Below are positions 1 through 13,100 of a stretch of DNA of 54,621 nucleotides, piece after piece. Every line of letters starts with the position of its first letter. Position 1 is the stretch's first letter. The notes beneath the pieces are model-generated. The model was not told the origin of the DNA. It did not search any database and worked only from the letters and a program-made list of their open reading frames with translations. Where the stretch lies: the NCBI GenBank assembly GCA_004431415.1, contig QPMI01000303.1, forward strand, positions 1 through 54,621, written 5' to 3'. Origin of the DNA: Cyanophora paradoxa CCMP329 (lineage: Eukaryota > Plantae > Glaucophyta). The position numbers were made by a program, and so were the translations under genes.

Positions 1-1002
1 GGCGGTGGACCTGCTGGTCGGGCACCTCCACGAGGCGATCGCCTCCGGCCTCCTCCTCCCCGGCCTCACCCCCGGCGTCCGCCCCGCCCCGCCTCGCCCG
101 CCCCGCCCGCCTCCTGCGCGCCGCCGAGCGGGGCGGGCGGGGCAGGGCAAGGTGGAGACGACGGGGCGCTGCTGGGCGGGGTCGTCGCCGGCGTGCGGCC
201 GCCTGGCTCTGCCGCCTCGCCGTCGGCGTGCCCCCGGCCCTCGGAGGTGCCCCCGCGCCCCCGCGCCGCCCCGTGCGGCCTTGCTCACGGGCGGGCCGGG
301 CGGCAGGGATGGCGCTGGTGCTCTTCTACCCGCCGGGGCGCCTGCCGCCGGCCGTCCGCGACGCCCTCCTCATCGCCTCCCTCGCCTGGCTCCAGGTCCG
401 CCCCGCCCCGCCCCCGCCTCCGCCGCGCCGCGCCGCCCGCGCCGACCCGCCGCGCCCCCAGGGCGCCACCGTCCTCGCCCTCGCCCTCGCCAAGTGCGCC
501 GCCGGCCGTACCCCCCGCGCGACTCGGTCTCACGTACCCCCCGCAGCTGGGTCGAGGCCGACGGGCTCTGGTGGTGCCTCGTCTTCCACGCCGCGATGCT
601 CGCCGGTACCCCGCCCCCCGCCCCCCCCCTCGCCGCCGTCGAGCCCCGCGCCCCCTCCGCGCAGTGATGACGGGCTCGTTCAAGCTCCGCTTCCCGCACG
701 TGTGCGCGGTCGTGGCGGTGACGGCGCTGCTGACGGCGACGGTCGCCGCGCCGGCCGCGCGCCGCGGCGACGGCGGCTCCTCCGTCCTCCACGCCGCCGC
801 CGTCCTCCTCCTCTGCTGCGCGATGGCGGCGGCGCGCGGCTGGGCCGTCGACGAGCTGAACCGCGCGCTGCACGCCGCCGCCGCCTGCGAGGAGACCGAG
901 AAGGAGGCGACGCGGGCGGGCGCCGCCGCCTTGGCCGCCGCCGGGAACGTCGTGCTGAGCTACCCCGTCGGCCTCGCCATCCTCGCCGACTCCTCCATCT
1001 AG
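1..1002 (+). CDS. 5'-truncated, multi-exon hypothetical membrane protein
   Basis: GT/GC-AG introns (e.g. 77-145). The last exon encodes hydrophobic segments (FPHVCAVVAVTALLTATV, VLHAAAVLLLCC) and ends LADSSI-TAG at 1002. Confidence 0.6.
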   Translation, partial: GGGPAGRAPPRGDRLRPPPPRPHPRRPPRPASPAPPASCAPPSGAGGAGQGGDDGALLGGVVAGVRPPGSAASPSACPRPSEVPPRPRAAPCGLAHGRAGRQGWRWCSSTRRGACRRPSATPSSSPPSPGSRSAPPRPRLRRAAPPAPTRRAPRAPPSSPSPSPSAPPAVPPARLGLTYPPQLGRGRRALVVPRLPRRDARRYPAPRPPPRRRRAPRPLRAVMTGSFKLRFPHVCAVVAVTALLTATVAAPAARRGDGGSSVLHAAAVLLLCCAMAAARGWAVDELNRALHAAAACEETEKEATRAGAAALAAAGNVVLSYPVGLAILADSSI

Positions 1003-1514
1003 CGCGCCCTGCGCGCCCTATTTATTCTTTCCGGCGACTAGTCTTTCATTTATTCTCGATGGTTGTATTTCCGGTATTTCGATCATCTTGTTTCCGATAT
1101 CTCCACCTTTAGTCTGTACATTACCGCATGCAGAGGTGGCCTTGCTTTTTGCTTTTTTAGTGTATCTGCCCGGCGCTTTGAGCTTCTTGGCAGATCTTCT
1201 TGTGGAATAGCTATTATTGTGCGCTGGTCTCGGGTTGTACCCGCAGCCCTCAGGACGTCGACAATCGAAATTCGCTTGCAACTGAGCAGTGTGAGAAGAG
1301 CCAAATTTGGAAACCCTCCCCTCCGGAGCCGACCTGGCGTCTCCAAGGCAAGTCTGCACAGTGCACAGCCAGCCCGGCCGCTAGCGCTCCCCGGACAGCA
1401 TCCCTGCAGGCCTAGCTATAGCGCTGGTTGTGCTGTCTGTGTTGGCCCCGGCCGGCTTCGCTGTGCTCAACTTGGCAAGTTCGCCTAGCTCGGCACAGGC
1501 AGGGCGCGAGCTAG

Positions 1515-2642
1515 ATGGAGGAAAGCGCGTCCTCCTCGAAGTTGGAGCTCGCCCTGGCGACGCGACTCAAGGAGACGGAGGAGAAGCTGGCGGAAATGGA
1601 GGCCGAGCGCGACGACTGGAAGGAGAAGTGCACGAAGCTTGCAATATCGGTGCACCCCACGCGCCCGCGTGCCCCCACGCCGCCTGATGGACGCGCGCGG
1701 TGGGGCGCAGGCCAAGACGCGGCTCGACGAGCTGAAGGCCGAGATCGAGGAGAAGGAGGAGACGGTGGCGTCGCAGGAGCAGGACCTGACGGACCTGCGG
1801 GGCAGGGTCCGCATGCCGTTCGCTGCCCCCCCTGGCGCCTGCCGACGCCGCCCACCGGCCGGCGGACGCGCAGATGCAGCAGCTTGTGCAGAGACTCATG
1901 GAGAGCGACAAGGCGCTGAAGGAGCGCGAGGCGGAGCTCGAGGAGCTGCGCAATGAAACCAAAGCGCGCTGCCCTCCGGCCCGCCTTCCGCGCGGCTCCT
2001 GACCGCGGGGCCGGCGCAGGGGCGGCCGGCGGCGGCGAAGCTGGAGCCCGGGTCGGAGCTGGAGGCGGCGTGGAAGTCGGCGGAGGAGAGCCGGGCGGAG
2101 GCGGTGCTGCTGCGCGTCAAGGCCGCGGCGCTCGAGGAGGAGCTCAAGGCCAAGTCGAAGGAGCTCCGGGAGCGGGAGCGCGAGCGGGAGCTGGAGGCGG
2201 GGCGGCCGTTTGCGCGGGACGGCATCCCGCCCCGCTCCCCCGGCGGCAACTCCGCCTCGGGCTCCAGGCGCTCCCTCCCCCGCCCGGAATCCGCCGCCTC
2301 CATCCGCAACGGGAAGGCAGGCGCCCCCGCCGGCCCCGCCGCCCCGGCCCCGGCCCCGCCTCGCCCCCGCGCCGGCCCCGGCCCCGGCTCCGGCCGCGGC
2401 GGCCCCCGCCGCCGCCCCGGCCTCCGCCCGCGCCCCACGTGCCACGCGCGGCTGCGTCATCTGCGGCTCCATTAACCGTGCGTCCCCCCGATCTCGCCGG
2501 CGCCGCCCCCGCTGACGGCCCCTCTCGGGCGCGGCGGGCGGCAGACCTGTCGGTGGCGTGCCCCGTCTTCAACGGGAGCCGCCGCGACGTCGCCGTGGGC
2601 AAGCCCATCCTCCGCGACCCCGTCTACCCCTCTAGGCGATGA
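1515..2642 (+). CDS. Coiled-coil protein with C-terminal CCHC zinc knuckle
   Basis: Spliced exons give heptad-rich E/K/L sequence (LKETEEKLAEMEAERDDWKEKC, LDELKAEIEEKEE). Removing the last intron gives CVICGSINHLSVAC, a CX2CX4HX4C knuckle. A probable indel lies near 2330-2400. Confidence 0.7.
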
Positions 2643-2838
2643 CCCCCCGAATGTGGGCAACCGACAAAGAATTCCGACATTTGACAGGGACTAGACCGGC
2701 TGTTGTTGGTCGTACGGTAAACTCAAGGCGCGCACAAGACGCGAGGAAAGCGCATCCGGGCCCCGGGCGCGCGCGGGGCGCCGGCTGGCCGGGACCGAGG
2801 GGGGAATGCGAGGGAGGAGGGGCTGGCCGGCGCCGCCG

Positions 2839-5800
2839 CTATTGCTTCGGGGGGGCGGCGGGGGCCGCCTTGGAAGCCTCGCCGGAGGCGGGCTGCTGCT
2901 GCTCCTGCTGCTCCTGCTGCTGGCCCTCGGCCTCGCCCTCGCCCTCGGCCGGCGGGGGAACGTTCCCCTCCATGATGTCCCGCACAGTCTGCCCCCGCGC
3001 CCAGCAGAGTGAGGGGGCGGGGGCGCAGGGTTCGCAGGGGTGGCGGGGCGGGGCGCACGGCCTGCAGCTCGACGAGGGAAATCTTGCCGTCCTTGTCCCT
3101 GCGGCCGCAGCCTTAGACTCCGGGCCAGGAGGGGCGGGGCGGGGCGGGGCGGGGCGCGCTTGTCGATGCGGGCGAATGCCTCCTCGATGACGCGGAGGCT
3201 GGGCTTGTCGCGCAGCAGCTTCGCGGCCGTCGCCATCTCGGCCTCGGAGATGAACCTGCGGCGGGGTGAGTGAGGGGAGGCGAGGCGGGGGGCCGGGAGT
3301 GCAGGAAGCCGCGGCACCCGTCCTGGTCGAGGTCGAGGAGCTTCATGGAGGCCCCGATCGACTTGTCCGCTGTCTCCACCTGCGGGAGCGAGCCTCGTCG
3401 GCCCGGCAAGCCGGGGGCGGGGCCGGGGGCGGGGGCGGGGGCACCTGGACGACGAGCTTGGAGAGGAGCTTGGTCACCTGCGGGCGGGGAGCGGCGCGTC
3501 AGCGGCGGGAGAAGAGGCAGGGTGAGGGGCGGGGGGCGTACGCGGGAGTTGAGGTCGGCGACGGCGGGCTCGACGTCGGGGTCGGCGGTGACGCTCTGGA
3601 TCATCGCCTCCCGAGCCTTCATCTCCTCGATCTCGCTCTTCTCCTCCTGCACCGCCGACTCCGACGCCAGCACCGCCTGCCAGCGGGGGCTCGCGCCGGC
3701 GGGGAGGGTGGGGGGTTGGAGGGCCGGGGGGTACGCACGACGGCCTCGGAGAGCTCCTCGAGCTCGTGCGCCTTCCGCATCGCCTCCTCCGCCTGGGGGT
3801 ACCCCGTCAGGGCCGGGCCGGACGGCGGGGCGGAGCGCGCGGCGCACCGGCGGGGGCTTCATCTCCTCCTTGGGCGCCTCAGCCGCGGGTGCCGGCGTCG
3901 GAGCCGCGGCGGCGGCGACCGGTGCCGGCGTGGGCGCCGGCGGCGCCGGCGCTGCGGGTGCGGGTGCCGGCGGCTTTGGTGCGGCGGGGCGGCCGCGGCG
4001 GGCGCCACTGGCGGGGGCGGCGTCGTGGCGGCTGCCTGGGCGGCGGCCTGGGCGGCCTGCGCCGCCTGCGCGGCCTCGGCGGCGGCCTTGGCGGCCTCGG
4101 CCTCGGCGGCGGCCTTGGCGGCCTTGGCGGCGGCCTCGGCGGCCTCGCGCTCCTTGCGCTCGCGCTCCTCCTTCTCGCGGCGCTCCTTCTCCTTGGCCTT
4201 CTCCGCCGCCTCCTGCTCGACGAGGACCTGCGGGGCGGGGGAGGTGAGCGCGGCTCGCGCAGCCTCGGGGCGGGGCGGGGCGGGGCGGGGCGGGGCGGGC
4301 CTCCTTCTGGCGCTGGAGGACCTCGAGCTTCTGCTGCTTGCTCTCCACCGTCCGCGCGTCCCTGCGCCCCCCAGGTCGGCGCGGGCGGGGGCGGGGGCGG
4401 CGGGTAGCAGGGTGCGGGGCGCACGACATCTCGAGGATGAGCTCGTCGGTGACCTTCTCGGGCATCGCGCTCAGGGTCGCCTGCAGCACCTCCTCCGCCC
4501 GCTCCTGCACGCAGACGCTCGGACCGGCGAGCGGCGCGGGGCGCGGGGCGGGGCGGGGAGGCGGTGCGGACCTTCTCGGTCATGAGGAAGGCCCGGGAGA
4601 GGATGAGGAGCGAGGACGGGATGTCCTTCACCATCGAGAGCTCGATCCACTCCTGCGGGAGCGAGTTACGTCAGCGGCCCGTGGGCGGCCCAGGAGGCGG
4701 CGGGGCGGGCCTTGAGGTTCTCGCGGAGGGTGGACTCGGGGACGTCGTTCGAGGCCCGGATGCCGCGCTCCCGGCACGCCGACCTGCGGCCAGGCCGGTC
4801 GGGCGGGGCGGGGCGGGGGCGACAGGGGGCGGGCGGGTGGGGTCACCTGAGCTCCTCGCGGGTGAGGGTGTCGACGCCCTCCCACAGGATCTCCCGGTCG
4901 TCCTGCGCGCGGGGCGGGGAGGCTCAGGGCGGGGGCGGGCCCCCAGGGGGCGGGGCGGGCCTTCTTGAGGCGGGCGAGCTTCTGGCGGAGCTGGAAGCGG
5001 AGGAAGAGGTCCGACCCGAAGATCGGCAGCGTCTGCAGGCAGCGAGCGCCATTGGAGGCCGCGCGGGCGGCGCAGGGGCGCGGGGCCGGGGGCGGGGGGC
5101 GGCGCCCACCATGTACTTGCACATCGCAACAAGCTGGTGCCTCGAGAGGTTGTCCAGCGTCAGCTCGTCCTGCGGGTACACGCACTCAGCCGGAGGGGCG
5201 GGACAGGGGGGGTACGCCGGGACGCGCCTTGAAGAGCTTGGCGAACTTGAGGATATCCTGGTTCGTCACGTGGTAGCCCCTCCTGACCTGCGGGTAGGCC
5301 GTCAGCGACGGCCGCGCGCGGGGTACGGGCGCGGGGGAGGAGGGCACCTTCTCGAGGAACGCCGAGAACTCTATCGCGAGCTTCTTCTTTTCTTCGTCCG
5401 CCTGCGCGAGGCGGGCGTCGGCCGAGGCGCCCGGGGCGTGCCGGCGCCCAGAGCGCCCGGGCGGCCGACCTGCGTCTTCATGACCGTCGCCATGTCCACC
5501 ACAGTGTCCTGGGCACAGCAAGGCGCGCGTTTCGTCGGTCGGGCGAACGGAGGACCCCCCTCGTCGGGGCCCTGGTTCGGATCGCACCTGGAGCACTTTG
5601 GCCATCTCGATCTTGACCTTCAGCTGCTTCTTGACCTCCTCCTCCTGCGCCCCGGGTTCAGCGGGGTACCGGGGCGCGGGGGTATGGCGTAGGCGCTCGC
5701 CTTCTTGAGCTTGTCCTCAAAGGTGGAAGGGAGCATGTTGGGGAAGACCTGGGGGGGGGGGTACGCTGAGCGCGGCGGGGGGCACCGGGGGGTACTGGGC

Positions 5801-6560
5801 GGCGCGCCTTGAGGATGACGGGGAGGAGCAGCTCGAGGAAGGGTACGATGAGGATGACGATCATGGGTACGAGGCGGATGAGGTCGCCGGCAGTGCGGCT
5901 GCCGGGCGCGGGCCGGGGGCGAGTGAGGCGGGGTGCGGGGCGGGGACGGGAAGGGCGGAGGCGGACGTGAGGAGCTTGCGCTCGGTGCGGGTGAGCTCCT
6001 TGCCCTGGATGACGCGCTTGACGAGCTTGCTGGCGATCTGGACCTCGGTGGCGAGGAGCTTGGTGCCGACCCAGTAGTGGTGCGCCTCCTCCTTGATCTT
6101 GGGCCAGAGCTCGCGCAGGTACGCGATGGCCCGCTTCGGGTCCGTGACGCAGATCTTCAGCGCGTTCAGGATGGCGAGGATGGCGCCCTTGGAGAGCTCC
6201 AGCGTCTTCACCAGCGCCCGCTCGTAGACCGACGGCTTCGGCTTCGGCGGCGGGGACCCCGCGGGGCCCGAGCCCCCGGGCGTCTTCGGCGCCTCCGACA
6301 TGGCCGCCGCGCTCGCGTGCACCGCCCGCCCCGCCCTCGCCAGGCCCGCGGTCAGCGGAGACGGCGCTGGCCGGAGCGCCGGGATGCCGCCGACCGCCCG
6401 CTGGGCCGCATCGCGATGCGCTTGAACGCGCCGCGTGCTCTCGGAGAAGCGGCGGACGTTCGTCGCCCCGCACCCGCTGGCGATGAGACGGGCCGCGATG
6501 ACTTGCGTTATTGCTCTTCCGACGGGAGACAAGGAGCAGCCCGAGTGAAGGCAGCCAGAC
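2839..6560 (-). CDS. LETM1: LETM1/Mdm38-family mitochondrial inner-membrane protein with C-terminal EF-hand-like motifs (~21 introns; start uncertain)
   Basis: HHYWVGTKLL...[96 protein letters not shown] and DKDGKIS EF-hand-like motifs; stop TAG at 2839-2841. Confidence 0.95.
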
Positions 6561-7112
6561 CCTGTGCGTGCCAGTTAGTGGCGTAGCGACGGTTCCCCGC
6601 CGCCCATCGAGCTTGAACGGCTCATCGATGAGGCCGCACGCGGACGGACGCAGCACACGCAGGGAAACGCACCGCGCAGCAGGCCCGCTGCATTCTGGGC
6701 GACAGCGAGCTCCATCGGCTGAGCAACCCGGTTCGCCGGTCCGTTGTGGGGGTACGCGTCGTCTAGTGAGCTCGCCGCTGCACGGCTTCCCAGCGCACGC
6801 GAAGACCCAGCAGCACCATTATCGGTTTATTGAGCGCTCGTATTATCTGGCAGGCGCCTGGACGCGGCCATCGGCTGGTTTGGCGTGGCGAGACATAGCA
6901 GACGCGTGCCTCGCACGCAGAATAGCCTAGCTTAGCTGCACCAACCTATCGGCGCGTCGCTGTGCATATCCCAGCGCTACGCCGCGCTGCCCGCTGCGCT
7001 GCTGCAGCTAAGATAGGCCCAGCCGCCCCGGGCGTGCGCGGGTGCGAGCAGCTCGCCAGTTGCTTCGAACAGCTATTCGGACTCGAGCGCTTCTCGCCTA
7101 CGCCTCGGCGCC

Positions 7113-10100
7113 ATGGCGAAGGGCGAGGCGAGCCCCAAGGGCAAGGCCGGCAAGGGCGGCAAGAAGCCGAAGAAACCGAAGATGGTGGATCCCATAGAGC
7201 CCTTTACGAAGCTCGTCGGTTTCTGCAAGAGCAAGGGGAAGGCCTCGGTCAAGATCCCCTTCCTGATCCAGGCGCGCCCGCCGCCCGCCCCACGCCGCGC
7301 CGCCCGGCGGCCGAGGCCCCGCCCCCGCCGCAGATCGTGCACGTCCAGACGAACAAGAAGGAGAAGACCAAGGAGTTCCAGGTGCGCTGCACCCCATCTG
7401 GACCGCCCCGGGCTCGGCCCGGCCCGGCCGCGGCTCCCCTCCAAGACGCCCCCGGCGAGCCGTTGCGCGCGCGCAGGGCCGGCTGTACTGGACGGGACAC
7501 GGCGGCATGCAGGTCCGCCTCACCGCGCCGCGCGCCGCGCCGCCGCGCCGCCGCCGACGGGGGCGGGCAGGCGTTCCAGTGGCCGCCGATGCCGCCGGGC
7601 TCGCCGATGCCGTCCGACCTCTGGGACTTCTCCGTGGGGGACGTAGAGGACCCCCTGAACGTCGCTTCCATCCGCGTCGAGGGTTCGAGCCCCCGCGCGG
7701 CCCTTTGCGCGGGGGCCCGACGCCCCCTCCCCGTCCCCCCGCAGGGCAGCTGAAGGGAAACGTGCTCGCGTTCCACGAGCTCGTGAACAGCGTGAACCCC
7801 CCTATGGTGCGCTTCCCGGGAGGGTACAGCGTTCTTGTCGCCTCGTAAGACCGCCCCGGCAGGTCACGTGGGGCCCCCCGATCCCCCCGCCCCCCGAGGG
7901 GGCTACCGTCGCCGAGATCAAGGCCGTTGAGGCCGCCCAGCAGGTCCGCGGGGGTACAGCGTTCTGGAACCCTCGTTCAAGAAATCGAGCGTACCCCTCA
8001 CCCGCAGCTGGTGTCGCGCAAGCCGTACTACTTTGAGGGTAACGTCGAGCTCGACGGCTCGGTCAAGGGCCAGGTGCGCGGGGGGTACGGCGTCTCCGGT
8101 TGCAGTCTGTTGCCGACACCGCTCGGCCGCCCCTCAGATGGTCGGCGCGAGGGGCGCGCAGTCGATCTTCGAGATGGGCATCCACCGTGCGTACCCCGAG
8201 CTCGGGGCCGCTGCCGCGAGGCCGCCCGACTCCCGCCCCCTGCAGCCGGCATCTTCGTGTTCAACGACCCGACGCCCCGCTTCGGGCCCTCCTCGGGGGG
8301 TACCGTCGTCGAGGTCTCCTGCCTGGGTTCGTCACGCCCTGCACCCCTCCCCTCCATTGTTTCCTCCCCGCCGATCCCGCCGATCCCGCACCCTTACCCC
8401 AGGGATTCTGTACCCCGGGCCGCCCATGGAGCTGCCCGACCCGGATCGCCTCAAGTTCCGGATCACGCAATTCGTGCGCCGGTCCGAACTCAGGACGCAA
8501 TCCGTCTCGTGTCGAGCGTGTACCCCAGGTGGACCCGGAGAACCGGGACCGGTCGCCCACGCCGTCGGCGGCGGCGCCGGCCTCGGCGCCGCACTCCGTG
8601 GCCTCGGGCCTGGGCTCGGTCTTCGGGGGGGTACCGGGCCTCCCGGGCGGCGCCTCCTCCCACGGGGACGACGCGCCGCCTCCGGTCGCCACCCCCGTCG
8701 AGCACGGGCCCCGCGTCCGGCCCGCCCCGCTCCCCTCCCTCCCCGGCCTTCCCCGTGTCCCGCTGAGGCCCTGCTCCAGGTACGCGGACGGGGCGTTCTC
8801 GCTGCACCCGCGGCAGGACCCGTTCCCCACGGAGGCGCGCGAGGGCACGCACTCCTGGAAGATCCGCTTCACCGTGCGCCCCCGCGATCGCAGCCCCTCC
8901 CGCGCCGCCCCGCCACGCCCCGCCCCGGGTGAGCTCGCCTCAGGCGCCGCCGGCGCTGGGGATCGGGACGGCGACCATCGAGGTCGGGTTCATCCCGGTG
9001 CGCCCGCCCCCGAGGCCTCCGCCGGGGCGCGGGGCGGGGCGCTCAGGCGGCGGGGGCAGGCGGGGATCGAGCCGATCGAGCTGGTGGAGCCGTACGTGCT
9101 CGAGCTCTTCAACGCCGAGCCCGACACCCGCTTCGTCCAGGCCCGCCTTCGCCGCTCGCCCGCCCGGCGCGCCAGCGCGGCAGCGCGCTCTGAGGGGCCT
9201 TTCCTGCTGTCAGATCCCGAAGCGGAAGCTGCTGCTGACGCTGAGCGAGACGATGGAGAGCGCCAAGCTCGGCACCGACCTCTACAAGTGCAAGCAAAAG
9301 ATCGCCGTCCGCCCGCCCCGCCCCGCCCCGCCCCGCCCCCTCCCTCCTCCCCTCACTGCGGGCGGCAGCGGTACCCCGGGACGCCGGAGACGGAGCTGCT
9401 GATCGTCAAGGACGTCGACAACATCTACGGTGCGCCCCCCGACCCGATCCCCCTGCTGGGGCGTCCCGCAGCCCGCCCCCCGACCCGCCCGGCCCCGCAG
9501 GGAAGCCCTTCTACCTCTGCTCCAGCGTCACCGCCTACCAGGTCCCCCCTCCCGCCCTCGCCCTCGGGCCCTTCCGCGCCCCCCGGCCTTCGGAGGAGGA
9601 GGCGGCGCTGAGCGGGGCGCAGGAGGAGGCGGCGCGCCTCTCGGCGGACGCGCCCCCGCCGGCCTCGCCCTTCGTCGCCCTCCCCACCCGCTTCAGCTAC
9701 TATTGCGCGCCCCTCCTCCGACGCCCCGGCCCCCGACGGCGCCGGTCCCCCCTCTCTGACTGGGGCGGGGCGCAGCGGTGCCGACGGAGGGGCCGCAGGA
9801 GCTGGACATGGAGCCGACGTCGGGGCCCGTCACCGGCGGCACCAACGTCCTCATCACCGGCGCGCGCGCCCGCCCGGGGCCCCGCTGAGCGGCGCCGTCT
9901 GAGGGCCCCGCCCGGCAGGCTCGCGGTTCGTGGACACGGGCCTCGTCGCCGTCGAGATCTTCGACGGCTCCACCCGCCGCGTCTGCACCCTCCTCCCCTT
10001 CCCTTCTTCTCTCCCGGGGCCGAGCGGGGGGGCCAGGTGGTGGAGGGCGAGTACATCTCCGAGTACGCCGTCCGCTTCGTCACCCCCTCCTGCGACGTCC

Positions 10101-13100
10101 GCCCCGCCCCGCCCTCCTGCTTCCTCTGCTCGGCGCCGCGCGCGAGCGAGCGAGCGGGTCGCGCGGGGCGCGCGCAGTACGACGGGCCGGTGCAAGTCTC
10201 GGTCTCGTTCAACGGGCAGCAGTTCGTGCCCCTCAAGCGCATCTTCAGCTACCACGGTGCCTGCCGGGGCCCTCCGGCGCTTCTCGGGGCCCCTCCCGCC
10301 GCCTCCTCCTCACCCGCCCTGCCTCTCCAGAGCCCATCAGGTGGCAGCGGCTCGACATCGCCGGCTTTGGCTACGAGCGGGGGTACGCGTCGCGGAGCCC
10401 GGACCGGTCGCCCTCGCCGGGGGCCGACAGCATGCACTCGGACGGGCGGCGTGCGTCCTCGCCGGGCCCGGCGGGGGCGGCGCTGGGGGTGGGGATGAGC
10501 CCGTCCCCCTCGCGGACGCTCTCGCGGGCGGCGACCTCGGCCGGCTCGCTGGGCGCCGCCGTCATGCCCCCGACCCGCCGCTCCGCCGCCGCCATGGCCG
10601 TCGTCACCCGCCGCCGTCCGCCCCCGCCCCCTCCCGCCTCTCCGCCTCCCTCCCCCCGACTTCCGGCGCAGTGTACCTGTTCGGGGGCGCGGGGGAGCCG
10701 AAGGAGACGCCGCTGCCGCCCGCCGCCTCCTCGAGCCTCGCCGCCTCCGCCGCCGCCGCCATCCAGGTCCCCGCGAGCAAGGAGGGAGGCGGGGGCGGCG
10801 CAGGGCGCGCCCGCTCACTCTCCTCCGTTGCGCGCAGGCGGCCTCCTCGGAGGGGGCCCTCGCGAGCAGGAACATCCTCACCGTGCGCCCTGCCCCCGCG
10901 CCATCTCTCACGCGAGCGCCCCCGAGCTCCCGCGCAGGACCTGTACATGTACGACATCGCGTTGCGGGAGTGGACGCGCCTGGCGACGTCGGGCGTGATG
11001 CCGCACCCGCGCCCGCACTGCCGCGCCGCCTTCCTCGGCCACCGCGTCTTCCTCTTCGGTGCGCGCCGGCGGCCCCCGCCGGCGCCGCCCCCGCCCCCAC
11101 GCCGACCTCGGGCGTGCGTGCAGGCGCGGGGTTCGGGTACGGGCCGGAGAGCACGGAGGTCGTCTACATCCTCGACACCAGTGCGCGCCCCCGGCAGCGC
11201 CCCCCTTCTTCTTCTTCGGTCCGGCGCCCTCACCCCGGGCGGCAGACACGCGCAAGTGGGAGGAGGTGCCGACGCGGGTCGCCGGGGGCCAGCCCTTCCC
11301 CAAGTTCACCGGCGCCGTCCTCGTCCAGGCCCGCCCCGTACCCCCTGCCAGCGCTCCGGTACCCCCCTGATCTCCGGGGGCTACAGCTGGCGCCGCACCG
11401 GCTGGCGCTCGTGGGGGGCACCGAGTTCCGCCCGACCCTCGCCACCCTGGACGCCGGTGCGGCCCCCGACCCTGCCCCCGGCCCGTTCCGCCCTCGTCTC
11501 ACGGGGCGGCGGCGCGGGGCAGAGGCGATGGAGTGGGCGCTGGAGGACGTGGAGCACCCCGCCCTCCTCGGCTCCCGCACCGCGCGCCCTCAATCCTCAT
11601 CACGCCCCCTCGCGCCGCTTGCTGAGGCCCCTGGGACGCAGGGCCACACGGCGACGCTCGTCTCGCGCCGCCTCTTCGTCTTCGGCGGCCGCCTCGCCCT
11701 CCAGGAGGCCCGCCCCGCGTGCGGCCGCCCTCCCACAAGCCCCGCTGACCGCGGCCCGCCCCGCAGGCCCGGCGGCCCCGCGGGGGCCCCGAGCCGCCCC
11801 CGCCGCCCCCCACCAACGACCTTCTCCTCCTAGACCTCGGTGCTGCCCGCCCCGCTCCCGCCCCGCCGCCCCCGCCCTCGCCTCGAGCCGCCCGGCAGAC
11901 GAGGAGAAGCTGACGTGGAACCGGCTGCGGCCCGGGGGCACGCCGCCCTCGGCCCGCACGGGCCACTGCGCCTGCCGCATCGGGCACCGCATGTGCGCTC
12001 CGGGAGCCCTGAGCTCTCAGCCCTGAGCGGGACGGGCGCCGCCCCCTCGCTCCGCCGAGCGGGCCCCTGGCGCAGATACATCTTCGGGGGCGAGGACGCG
12101 GCCGGGAGACAGCTCGCCGACCTCCACTGCCTCGACCTCAGTCCGCCCCCGCCCGCCCCCCGCCCGCCTCCGCCCCGAGGCGCCCGGCGTGCGAGCGAGG
12201 GCGGGGCGGCGGCAGAGTCGCTGGCGTGGAGCGAGGTGCACGTCTCCTCCCCGCCCGACTTCGGGTGCGCCGCCCCACCCCTCCGCGCCCCGCGGGCCTG
12301 GAGGGGCGGCGGGCAGGCCGACGGGGCGGGAGGAGGCGACGGCGTGCACGAGCAACAACACGCTCTTCGTCTTCGGCGGGTGGGACGGGCGGCAGCGCCT
12401 CGACGACATGTACGAGCTCCGCGTGGACGAGTCCGTCCGCTCCCAGAAGGAGGCCCGCCCCCCGCCCCGCCCTGCCAGGACCGGGCTGGGTCCGAGGGGC
12501 GTGCGCAGGTGCACGGGGCGGCGGGGGCGTTCGTGCTGGGGGCGCCGCCCTCGGCGCGCGCCGCGGCGGCGCACGCCCTCGTCGGCCGCTTCCTCTACGT
12601 CCACGGCGGCTACTTCGACGTCTGGCAGGCCCGCCCCGCCCCGCCCCGCCCCAGCGCCGACGCCCTGCGCCGGCGGCCGACGCCCCGCGGCAGAACGTGG
12701 CGGACATGCACCGCCTGAACCTCGACGCGCACGTCTGGGAGCCGGTGCCCTACGCGGGGGGGCCGGCCCCCGCCGCGCGGCACGGGCACACGGCGACGCT
12801 GGTGGGGCGGCGCCTCTTTGTTTTCGGGGGCGCCCTCGCCGCGGGGAAGGCCCTCAATGATCTCTCCCTCTTCGACCTCGGCCCGCCCCGCCCCGCCCCG
12901 GCCCGCCCGCCCCGCCCCGCCCCGGCCCCTCTGACCGCCCGCGGCGCTGGCCAGACACGGGGACCTGGTTCTGCCCCACGGCGACGGGCGACGTGCCGCC
13001 CCCCGTCTACGCCCACAGGCCCGCCCCCCGCCCGCAGCCCACCCGGCGGACCGCCCCAAGCGCTGACGCGTCCCCGCGCAGCGCGGTGCTGCGGGGCCGG

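Noticed and set aside
7863-7943. Programmed frameshifts in the Kelch gene (also ~2330-2400, ~52500-52590 and within the F-box and V-ATPase genes)
   Set aside because: The breaks mostly fall in C/G homopolymer runs and are most simply long-read indel errors. Raw reads are needed to confirm.
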